Shown here: positions 56,959 to 64,000 of the stretch, one piece after another
Position numbering within the stretch: position 1 is the first letter of the stretch
Layout of the letters: every line of letters begins with the position of its first letter
Assembly: GCA_965250175.1 (NCBI GenBank)
Contig: CBDFNI010000009.1
Location: 1,258,265-1,322,264 of the forward strand
DNA from: Planctomycetota bacterium
GTDB taxonomy: Bacteria > Planctomycetota > UBA1135 > UBA2386
Length of the DNA: 64,000 bases
Direction of reading: 5' to 3'
Notes under the pieces: generated by a model
The model's database searches: none
The model's input: only the letters and a program-made list of their open reading frames with translations
What the model was told of the DNA's origin: nothing
Translations under genes and position numbers: made by a program

Positions 56959-58071
56959 ATGTTCAAACCTTCCGCCTTCACTGTCACCTTCCTAGCCTGC
57001 GCCTTGCTGTCGTCAGGGCTTTGGGCACAGACCACCCGGCCCACCTCCCGCCCTACTTCCCGTCCTGCCAATCAGCAGGCGAACCAGCAGGGCAATAAGC
57101 AGGTCAAGAAGCAGGCCAAGAAGATGGACCGGCGTGCCATGCGGGCCGCCCGATCCTTCAAGCGCTTGCAAGTCCCTGGCGAACAGGTTGCCAGCAATGT
57201 GGCCAGGCTGAAGCGGGAGTTGAGGTGGCACAAGAACCTGGGTTCAGCCTTGGAAGCAGGACGGGACAGCAAGAAGCCGGTGTTGTGGATCCAGGCCCTG
57301 GGAGATCTGGATGGTTTTCTTTGAAGCGCTGGGCAGAGTTTGCGGGGCGTGTCCCTGGCCAGTGATTCGGTGCTCTCCATCCTGAAGAACGACTTTGTCG
57401 TCGGCTGGAAGAACATCAACCGGGAAGATTACGTGGGCTCTTCCCACGGCTACAAATGCGACGAAGCGGCGGTAGGCACCACCAATGGTGCCGGGCCCCG
57501 CAACATCCAGATGTTTGTGCTGTCCCGCGGCAGCAGGGTGGTGCATTGCCTGCCTGGCTTCTGGCATCCGGAAGATCTGGCAGTGGAGCTGCAGCATGCC
57601 AAGGTGTTGCACCGGTTGTGGGTTGATGATCGGCCCAATACGGACAAAAGCGCCATGTTTGCGCGCATCCAAATGACCGCATTGCGCACCCACTCCAAAG
57701 CCATGACTGCCCGCAGTTCCTGGCAGGGCTTCGATGCCAAGAACGAGAAGATGCGCCTGGAATCCGGCCCCCGGGACACCTTCTACTATGACGATCAGGG
57801 CCAAGCGAAGGCGCTCAAGCCCATCAATGTGTTGGTGCATGAGCGCATGGCCAAGCGCCCCTTCCTGAGCTTCCGGAAGTTCGATACGGAGCAATTCATC
57901 GACTACGGCCGCCCCTACTACGACAACAACAAGAAGTTGGGCGTCGGCGTTCAGTTCGGCACCGAGGGCTACATGGAAAGCCAGAAGCGCATGGAGCAGC
58001 GACGCAAGGCCAGGGAGAAGGCCAAGGGGAAAGCGGAGCCCGAATCCCAGCCCAAACCCCAGCCGAACTAG
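56959..58071 (+). CDS. secreted thioredoxin-fold (Thioredoxin_7-like) protein interrupted by one in-frame TGA at 57322-57324 (candidate selenoprotein or pseudogene)
   Basis: ORFs 56959..57324 and 57340..58071 are in the same frame, separated only by TGA; signal peptide, then LRWHKNLGSALEAGRDSKKPVLW...[TGA]...SDSVLSILKNDFVVGWKNIN...VVHCLPGFWHPEDLAVELQHA is collinear with the Thioredoxin_7 family (IKW..LEEALK.AK.ENKPVFVDF..WC..C...F.....VHKV.G......FLEE), and the TGA falls where the CxxC motif sits. Confidence 0.45.
57334..57362 (+). promoter_or_regulatory. GC-rich hairpin 10 nt downstream of the in-frame TGA (possible bacterial SECIS)
   Basis: CAGAGUUUGCGGGGCGUGUCCCUGGCCAG can pair into an interrupted stem with a CGUGU apical loop (GU in the loop as in a bacterial SECIS); not verified by folding. 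Confidence 0.2.
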
Positions 58072-58101
58072 CCCTTGTGGTGGCCAGGACTCTTGGCCAA
58101 C

Positions 58102-60102
58102 ATGAGCTGCGTGAAAGGCGATACGGCACCGGTTCAGAACTGCGACAACAGCCAGGCGGATGCGCCCTTGACGGTGCTGCGTGGGGTGGGACCCAAACTG
58201 GCTGAACGCCTGGCAGCCGTGGGGCTCACCGATCTCGGCGCCCTGCTCCGCTTCTTCCCGCGCCGGCACCAGGAGGTTCTGCAACTGGAGACCGCGGACC
58301 TGGCGGCCTTGGATCTGGCCGAGCCGGATCCCGAACTGGAGGGTCGCTTTGTGCGCCTTGCCGGGCGAGTGGACAACTGCCGCCTGAACTGGTTGCCGGG
58401 ACGGCGCAGCATGGTGACGGTGACTCTGAGTACGGAAGCCGGCCTGCCGGTGGCCGCCCGCTTCTTCAATCAGCCCTACCTGAAGAATTCCTATCCGGCG
58501 GGCCGGGATTACTGGGTTGAAGGTCGCTTGCAGATCAAGCCCAAGCTCCTGCAGGTGTTGACCCCCAAGTTGTTTGCCGCTGACAAGGTGCAGGAGGGGC
58601 CCTGTCATCTCACCTATGCGGAGGTGCCTGGAGTATCGGAAGCCCGACTGCGCAGCCTCATCCAGCAGGCCCTGGCCCAGGTGGATCTGGTTTCCCTGGT
58701 CTTGCAGGATCTGCCGCCGTCCCTGCGTCATACCTTCCCCGGTTATGCAGAGGCTCTGCGCGCCATGCATCAGCCTGTGGATTTGCAAGAGTATGAGAAT
58801 GCTCGGCAACGCTTTGCCCTGGTGGAAGCGGTGGCTCTGTTTCGGCGGGTGGAGCGGGGTCGGCGGCAACGGCAGGCCTGCCATGGGCCAGAGATCTCCC
58901 TGGATGAAGCCTTGCATACGCGCATCCGTAGCCGCCTGCCATTTCAACTCACCGCCGAACAAGAGACCGCCGTCGCCGCTCTAATCGAGCAAATCCGCGG
59001 TCCTTCGCCCATGGGTATGATGCTGCAAGGGGATGTGGGCACGGGCAAAACGGCAGTGGCCCTCTATGCCGCCCTGGCGGCCCTGGCCCGCGGTTGGCAG
59101 GTGGCCTTCCTGGCGCCCACTGAGTTGTTGGCGGAGCAGCACCATGCGGGCTTAAAAAGTTGGTTGCAGGACAGTCCGGTGCAGCCTGGATTGTTGACTG
59201 CAAGTCAGGAACCGGAAGAGCGTCTTGCACTGGAAGAGGAACTGCGCAGTGGTCAGCCCAAGTTGGTGTTTGGCACGCACGCGCTTTGTTCCAAGAACAC
59301 GGTCTTTGCCAGGCTGGGTTTGGTGATCATCGATGAGCAACACCGCTTTGGTGTGCGGCAGAGGCTACAGCTCTTGCACAAGGGGGATAACCCGCATGTG
59401 CTCTACATGACGGCGACGCCCATCCCTCGCACCCTGTGCCTGACTTTGTTTGGTGATTTGTCCCAGCAGATCCTAAGGCAGCGGCCGCCGGGTCATCGCT
59501 CGGCACCGGCCTTGTACCTGCCGGGCAAGCAGTGGTCGCGGGCGATGCATACCATGACGCAGCATCTGCGTCGGGGAGGGCAGGTCTTCGTGGTCTGTCC
59601 CAAGGTGGGGGAGGATGGCAGTAAGGGGGGTGCGGTGCACTTGCATGCTCTGCTGGCGAAAAAATTCAATTGCGGCCTGGTGCATGGGCAGATGAAGACA
59701 GTGAAGCGGCAAAAGGTCCTGGATGACTTTCGCGATGGCAGGGTACGGCTGCTGGTGGGGACTACGGTCTTGGAGGTGGGGGTGGATGTGCCGAAGGCTA
59801 CCCTCATGGTGGTGGTGGGTGCAGATCGCTTTGGCCTGGCTACCTTGCATCAGTTGCGGGGACGAGTGGGGCGGGGGCAGCGCCGGGGGTTGTGTTTGTT
59901 GGTGGGTAAGCCGGGCCCGCGCATTCGGGCATTGTGTGCAACTACGGATGGTTTTGCTCTGGCGGAAGAAGACCTGCGCTTGCGCAAGGCGGGAGAGTTG
60001 TTGGGCACGAAGCAGAGTGGTCTGGGGGATTTGCGGGCCTTGGATCCGCTGTCGGATTTGGACTTGTTGGTGCAGGCACGCAAGGCCGTGCAGGAGGAGT
60101 AG
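58102..60102 (+). CDS. recG: ATP-dependent DNA helicase RecG
   Basis: Wedge/OB N-terminus; helicase motifs GDVGTGKT, DEQHRFGV and QLRGRVGRG; the ORF starts at 58075, ATG 58102 is plausible. Confidence 0.85.
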   Translation: MSCVKGDTAPVQNCDNSQADAPLTVLRGVGPKLAERLAAVGLTDLGALLRFFPRRHQEVLQLETADLAALDLAEPDPELEGRFVRLAGRVDNCRLNWLPGRRSMVTVTLSTEAGLPVAARFFNQPYLKNSYPAGRDYWVEGRLQIKPKLLQVLTPKLFAADKVQEGPCHLTYAEVPGVSEARLRSLIQQALAQVDLVSLVLQDLPPSLRHTFPGYAEALRAMHQPVDLQEYENARQRFALVEAVALFRRVERGRRQRQACHGPEISLDEALHTRIRSRLPFQLTAEQETAVAALIEQIRGPSPMGMMLQGDVGTGKTAVALYAALAALARGWQVAFLAPTELLAEQHHAGLKSWLQDSPVQPGLLTASQEPEERLALEEELRSGQPKLVFGTHALCSKNTVFARLGLVIIDEQHRFGVRQRLQLLHKGDNPHVLYMTATPIPRTLCLTLFGDLSQQILRQRPPGHRSAPALYLPGKQWSRAMHTMTQHLRRGGQVFVVCPKVGEDGSKGGAVHLHALLAKKFNCGLVHGQMKTVKRQKVLDDFRDGRVRLLVGTTVLEVGVDVPKATLMVVVGADRFGLATLHQLRGRVGRGQRRGLCLLVGKPGPRIRALCATTDGFALAEEDLRLRKAGELLGTKQSGLGDLRALDPLSDLDLLVQARKAVQEE

Positions 60103-60105
60103 ATC

Positions 60106-60720
60106 ATGCAGCAGGGAATCTCAGTGGCAGAGGCCAGGGCAGTAGATCAGGACGCGGTGCAGCGTCTGGGCATGCCTTCCATTTTATTGATGGAGAATGC
60201 CAGCCGGGCGGTGGCGGAGGCTGCGCGAGAGATGGGCGATAGCTATTTCATCTACTGTGGCCCGGGCAACAACGGTGGCGATGGTCTGGCGGCGGCCAGG
60301 CATCTGGGGGCTGCGGCGAAGGTCTACTTGTGGGCTGAGCCCAATCCCAAGACGGCACCGGACGCTTATCTGCAGTTGCAGATCCTGTGCAAGGCGGGCT
60401 ATGAGATTGAAGTGGGTGCCTTACCGCCTGAAGATCTACCCGCCGATGCGGTGTGTGTGGATGCTATGTTCGGTACGGGCTTGACCCGCGAACTCAGCGG
60501 CGTACCTCGAACTTGGGTGGAGCACTTCAATGGGGCAAAGGCGCGCAAGCTAAGCGTGGACATTCCCAGTGGTTTGCATGGCGACACCGGCCATGTACTG
60601 GGTGTGGCTTGTCGGGCGGAGGTGACGGTGACCTTCGTGGCGCCCAAGCTGGGTATGTTGCTGCCAGTGGCGCAAGATTACGTCGGCGATATCTGTGTCG
60701 TTGGCCTGGGTCTGCCTTAG
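60106..60720 (+). CDS. NAD(P)H-hydrate epimerase (YjeF N-terminal domain)
   Basis: YCGPGNNGGDGLAAARHL motif of the YjeF-N family. Confidence 0.7.
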   Translation: MQQGISVAEARAVDQDAVQRLGMPSILLMENASRAVAEAAREMGDSYFIYCGPGNNGGDGLAAARHLGAAAKVYLWAEPNPKTAPDAYLQLQILCKAGYEIEVGALPPEDLPADAVCVDAMFGTGLTRELSGVPRTWVEHFNGAKARKLSVDIPSGLHGDTGHVLGVACRAEVTVTFVAPKLGMLLPVAQDYVGDICVVGLGLP

Positions 60721-60762
60721 GCAGAAAAAAGTCCGGGTTGGACTACCCGCCCACGACTCGAC

Positions 60763-61773
60763 TTACTTGATTTCGAGCAGTTCCACTTCGAAGATCAGTG
60801 CCGCGTTGGGCGGGATGACGCCGCCGGCGCCACGCGCGCCGTAGCCCAGCTCTGGCGGGATGAACAACTTGATCTTGCTGCCCAGGTTCATCAGTTGCAC
60901 GCCTTCTGACCAGCCCGGGATCACCCCGTTCAATGAAAACTCGATGGGCTTGTTGCGCTTGTAGGAGCTGTCAAACTCGGTGCCGTTGACCAGGGCGCCC
61001 TTGTAATGGACCTTTACAGTGTCGGTTTTCGCCGGCTTCTTTCCCTTGGTTTCCTTGATCCAGGAATACTGCAGGCCGCTGGCGGTGGTTTTCACACCCT
61101 CCTTGAGCTTGTTGGCGGCGAGGAAGGCCATCGCTTCTTTCTTTGCCTTCGCTCCTGGGCTGTTGGTCTTGGCTGCCTCGCGGTATTTCGAGAAAGCGGC
61201 GTCGCTGACATCAAATGCCTTTGCAGCATCGCCGATGCGAAGAATAGTGACCTTGTCGATCATGTCGCCCTTGGCAATTTTGTTGACAACGTCCTGGCCG
61301 GTGATCACCTTGCCGAACACGGTGTGCTTGCCATTGAGGTGCGGTGTGGCTGCATGGGTGATGAAGAACTGGCTGCCATTGGTGGCAGGGCCGGAGTTTG
61401 CCATGGACAGGATGCCTGGTCCGGTGTGCTTCAGATCGGGATGAATCTCGTCCTCGAACTTGTATCCCGGCCCGCCGGTTCCCCGGCCCTGCGGGCAGCC
61501 GCCCTGGATCATGAACTTGGGAATGACCCGGTGAAAGATCAGCCCATCATAATAGGGGGCCCCGGAGTCTTTTTCCTTGTTGGTAAGCTTGCCTTCAGCG
61601 AGCCCGACGAAGTTGCATACCGTCATCGGTGTCTTCTCGAACTCGAGGTTGAGAATGATCTTGCCCTTGCTGGTAGCCAGTTCGGCGTACAGGCCGTTCT
61701 TTAGCGGGTCTGCCTGGCCGTATGCAGATAGGGGGAACATCAGGAGTGCAAGGAGGGTGATGATCTTGTTCAT
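60763..61773 (-). CDS. secreted peptidyl-prolyl isomerase, cyclophilin + FKBP fusion
   Basis: Signal peptide MNKIITLLALLMFPLSAYG; cyclophilin block HRVIPKFMIQGGCPQGRGTGGPGY...MANSGP.TNGSQFFIT; C-terminal FKBP block VKVHYKGALVNGTEFDSSY...GVIPGWSEG...IPPNAALIFEVELL; the longer ORF extension is rejected. Confidence 0.8.
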   Translation of the reverse strand: MNKIITLLALLMFPLSAYGQADPLKNGLYAELATSKGKIILNLEFEKTPMTVCNFVGLAEGKLTNKEKDSGAPYYDGLIFHRVIPKFMIQGGCPQGRGTGGPGYKFEDEIHPDLKHTGPGILSMANSGPATNGSQFFITHAATPHLNGKHTVFGKVITGQDVVNKIAKGDMIDKVTILRIGDAAKAFDVSDAAFSKYREAAKTNSPGAKAKKEAMAFLAANKLKEGVKTTASGLQYSWIKETKGKKPAKTDTVKVHYKGALVNGTEFDSSYKRNKPIEFSLNGVIPGWSEGVQLMNLGSKIKLFIPPELGYGARGAGGVIPPNAALIFEVELLEIK

Positions 61774-61900
61774 GGTCCGTGAAACATAGGATTGGAGTGG
61801 ATATTCCGCCAGCCTTTGTGGATGGCTGAATCTGTACTCATCCAAAAAATGATGGCCGGCCTGTCTGCCTGCGGGTACCACTTCGGCCGCTGCCCGGCTC

Positions 61901-62617
61901 CTACAGTTCGGCGTTGTGGTAGACGTTTTGTACGTCGTCCAGATCGTTAAGCATCGCCAGGAACTTCTCGAACATCGGCATGTCATCGGCGCCGATTGCG
62001 GTGGTGCTCTGTGCGATGAACTGAATTTCATCCACGTCGTAGTCGATTTCTCCAAACGCCTCGCTCAGGGCTTTCTTGGCCTTGCCGTACTCGGTGTTGG
62101 GTGAAAATACGGTGATCTTGCCATCGGCTTGTTCCACATCCGTGACGTCGACGTCGTGCATGAGCAGTGCTTCGAGGACGGCGTCTTCGCTCTCACCTGC
62201 GAAGACCAGGATCGTGCAGTGATCGAACATGTGGAGCACCGTGCCCGTGCTGCCGATCTTGGAGTTGGTCTTGACGAAGCACTGACGCACGTCACCGTAG
62301 GTTCGGGTCGGGTTGTCGGTGAGGCATTCGACGATGGCCATGCAACCCCCCGGGCCGAAACCCTCGTAGCGGGCGGGGGCGAAATCCTCGCCGCCGCCGC
62401 CTCGCGCCTTGTCGATCGCCCGATCGATCACATGGCTCGGCACCTGATCCTTTTTGGCGCGATCGATGAGGCCGCGCAGCAGCAAGTTGCCGGCGGGATC
62501 CAGGCCGCCGGCCTTGGCGCACATGTAGATCTCACGGCCGTACTTGCTGTAGACCTTGGCCTTGGCGTCAGACGTCTTGGCGATGGATTCTTTGCGGTTC
62601 TGGTAGGCTCTGCCCAT
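61901..62617 (-). CDS. yebC: YebC/PmpR-family transcriptional regulator
   Basis: [30 protein letters not shown]...GGLDP... matches the YebC N-terminus throughout. Confidence 0.85.
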   Translation of the reverse strand: MGRAYQNRKESIAKTSDAKAKVYSKYGREIYMCAKAGGLDPAGNLLLRGLIDRAKKDQVPSHVIDRAIDKARGGGGEDFAPARYEGFGPGGCMAIVECLTDNPTRTYGDVRQCFVKTNSKIGSTGTVLHMFDHCTILVFAGESEDAVLEALLMHDVDVTDVEQADGKITVFSPNTEYGKAKKALSEAFGEIDYDVDEIQFIAQSTTAIGADDMPMFEKFLAMLNDLDDVQNVYHNAEL

Positions 62618-62806
62618 GGCGGTATCTCGTAGCAGGAAGCTGCAAACCCCGACGCACGCCCGTGTGCGGCGACGAGGCGGGGGTGGGACAGTAAGGCAGG
62701 TCGCGGATTTCGCCCGCTATTTTTCGGGGATGTCCGCCCGCAAGGGAGACACCGCCCCGACTGCAGACCCGGTGCCCGGGCGCTTACGGAGTCAGGAGAA
62801 GGTGGG

Positions 62807-62868
62807 CTTAGGGCGAAGACATGGGTTGTGGAGGTTGTGGAGATGGTGGGGGAGTGATGGAATGTGGC
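62807..62868. repeat. ~62 bp repeat, copy B (see copy A at 47041..47092)
   Basis: Near-identical core GGTTGTGGAGATGG(T)GGGGGAGTGATGGAATGTGGC; internal 9-bp duplication GTTGTGGAG. Confidence 0.6.
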
Positions 62869-62893
62869 AATGAGAGGATGGCCATGAGCTGGT

Positions 62894-63157
62894 GTGCAAG
62901 TGAATCCCGGCCGTGCGCCGACTCCAATCGGAGGCGATGGGATCCTGCCCTTCGTCGACGTGCCGCACTGGATCACCTTGGAGCTGACTCGACTGCTTCG
63001 CCACCACCGAATCGAATACCAGGTGCGTGCAGGCTACATCCGGCGAGCCGACTCCGATGATCCGGATGACCACATGGATCGACTGATGTTCCCCTTGGCG
63101 CGACCCGAGCAAGTGCAGGTCTTGGTCGATTCCATCAAACCGCCCGGCTGCGGGTAG
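62894..63157 (+). CDS. hypothetical small protein
   Basis: 87-aa ORF with reasonable coding composition; no recognisable family. Confidence 0.25.
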   Translation: MQVNPGRAPTPIGGDGILPFVDVPHWITLELTRLLRHHRIEYQVRAGYIRRADSDDPDDHMDRLMFPLARPEQVQVLVDSIKPPGCG

Positions 63158-63365
63158 GATCGGGCTTTGACACCGGACAGACCGATCAGCATGTCGGGGC
63201 AAGAATGCGTAGTCGAAATCCGTGTTGCCAGTCTGGGGCTGCCCTAGAAGAAAATGGTAGGGGGTATGAATGCGACAGGCGGGGCTGAGTCCAGAAGACT
63301 CAGCTCCGCCTGTCTCTAATGCAACCATGGATAGGACTCCCAAGTGCTGGAAGCCCTGGTTCCTA

Positions 63366-64000
63366 TCATGGCGTGGTTGTCATCGGCACCCAGTTGGTAG
63401 CCTTCTGGAAGGTATCACAGCCAACACCGCAACCATCCGAGGTGTAGACCAACGCAGCATGGTGCAGGGTGATGCCTAGGGGTGCTGGCGTTGGGCCAAA
63501 GGTGTTCAGGGAAGGCGTCCCCTTGCCAAAGCCATCCAGAGTGCTCTTCCAGCCAACAAAGGTGGGAGCGCCACCGCCCAGCTGGGTGAGACCAATGACA
63601 AAGCTGGTCAAGGGATCAGGCTGGTTCAGTGGGATCACCACACCAGGGGCCATTACGACACCGGGGGTGTCGCCACTAGCAGCAAAGCCGGTGAACAGCC
63701 AGTAGTTCTTGCCTGCGTTGACAACACCCGCATCGATGGTCATGGTTTGGGAGTTGGCCACGCTCAGCGACAACAGGTGCTTGTCTGCAGTAAGGGACAT
63801 CGAGGTGCTGGAGATCACGTAGGCCCGGCCATTGTCCATGGACTCGTCGCCGGTGCCCGCGGTGCCATCAGGGCCCAGTGGATCGGCATCCCAAAAGGGC
63901 GCACCGGCCAGGATGTCGGGGGTACCATCCCCGTTCATATCGCCGGCGCCGCTCACGCTGTTGCCCAGGAAGTCACCATCACCGAAGTAAAGACCACCGA
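63366..64000 (-). CDS. FG-GAP repeat protein, C-terminal part (gene continues beyond the window end)
   Basis: GAGDMNGDGTPDILAGAP FG-GAP motif; the frame is open to 64000. Confidence 0.6.
   Translation of the reverse strand, partial: GGLYFGDGDFLGNSVSGAGDMNGDGTPDILAGAPFWDADPLGPDGTAGTGDESMDNGRAYVISSTSMSLTADKHLLSLSVANSQTMTIDAGVVNAGKNYWLFTGFAASGDTPGVVMAPGVVIPLNQPDPLTSFVIGLTQLGGGAPTFVGWKSTLDGFGKGTPSLNTFGPTPAPLGITLHHAALVYTSDGCGVGCDTFQKATNWVPMTTTP

Noticed and set aside
57285-57365. Frame +2 across the TGA region encodes ...VFFEALGRVCGACPWPV..., a tempting CGAC thioredoxin motif reachable by a +1/-1 double frameshift
   Set aside because: It requires two compensating indels within ~70 nt and gives ~22 residues between KP and the first Cys, against ~11 in the family; more likely a chance CxxC in GC-rich DNA.
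57244-58962. 572-aa minus-strand ORF
   Set aside because: Antisense to the thioredoxin-like and recG genes, both of which have clear homology on the plus strand.
60763-62055. Full 430-aa extent of the PPIase ORF
   Set aside because: The N-terminal 94 codons overlap the yebC 3' end and precede a clear signal peptide; the start was reassigned to ATG 61773.
1-64000. CRISPR arrays, tRNA and rRNA genes
   Set aside because: No regularly spaced direct repeats and no tRNA-like T-loop/acceptor signatures (e.g. GGTTCGAATCC) were recognised by eye; a tRNAscan/Infernal run would be needed to be certain.

Overview
This 64 kb window is GC-rich (roughly 60%+), densely coding bacterial chromosome. Lipobox lipoproteins and signal peptides point to a Gram-negative-type organism; the phylum cannot be decided from sequence alone. 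Recognisable core genes are rhodanese/YgaP, a Phd-ParE toxin-antitoxin pair, a GT2-GT2-GT1 glycosyltransferase cluster, a split RdgC, a parvulin PPIase, PaaK-like ligase with FadI and FadJ, patatin, RhlE, a zinc peptidase, threonine/serine dehydratase, NfeD with flotillin, an SGNH hydrolase, MscS, a three-subunit molybdenum hydroxylase, PhzF, a UDPGP-type pyrophosphorylase, a MinD/ParA ATPase, RecG, the NAD(P)HX epimerase, a cyclophilin-FKBP PPIase, YebC, and FG-GAP proteins. Five insertion sequences with identifiable inverted repeats and target duplications are present: IS630, IS5-like, ISL3, an IS91-family HUH element, and IS1380. The 33-48 kb accessory stretch holds three of them together with decayed genes and a tandemly expanded family of large secreted proteins. 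The three items I rate highest: (1) a secreted thioredoxin-fold protein whose reading frame is interrupted by a single in-frame TGA exactly at the expected redox active site, a selenoprotein candidate; (2) a DprE2-like SDR and DprE1-like FAD oxidase pair with overlapping start and stop codons, suggesting a polyprenyl-phospho-sugar 2'-epimerase outside its classic mycobacterial context, next to a patatin-ferredoxin fusion; (3) the tandem paralog family, in which each copy carries an apparent frameshift, flanked by IS91 and IS1380. Several apparent frameshifts occur in the window (RdgC and the paralogs), so indel errors in the assembly are a live alternative to real pseudogenes. No tRNA, rRNA or CRISPR array was recognised by eye.
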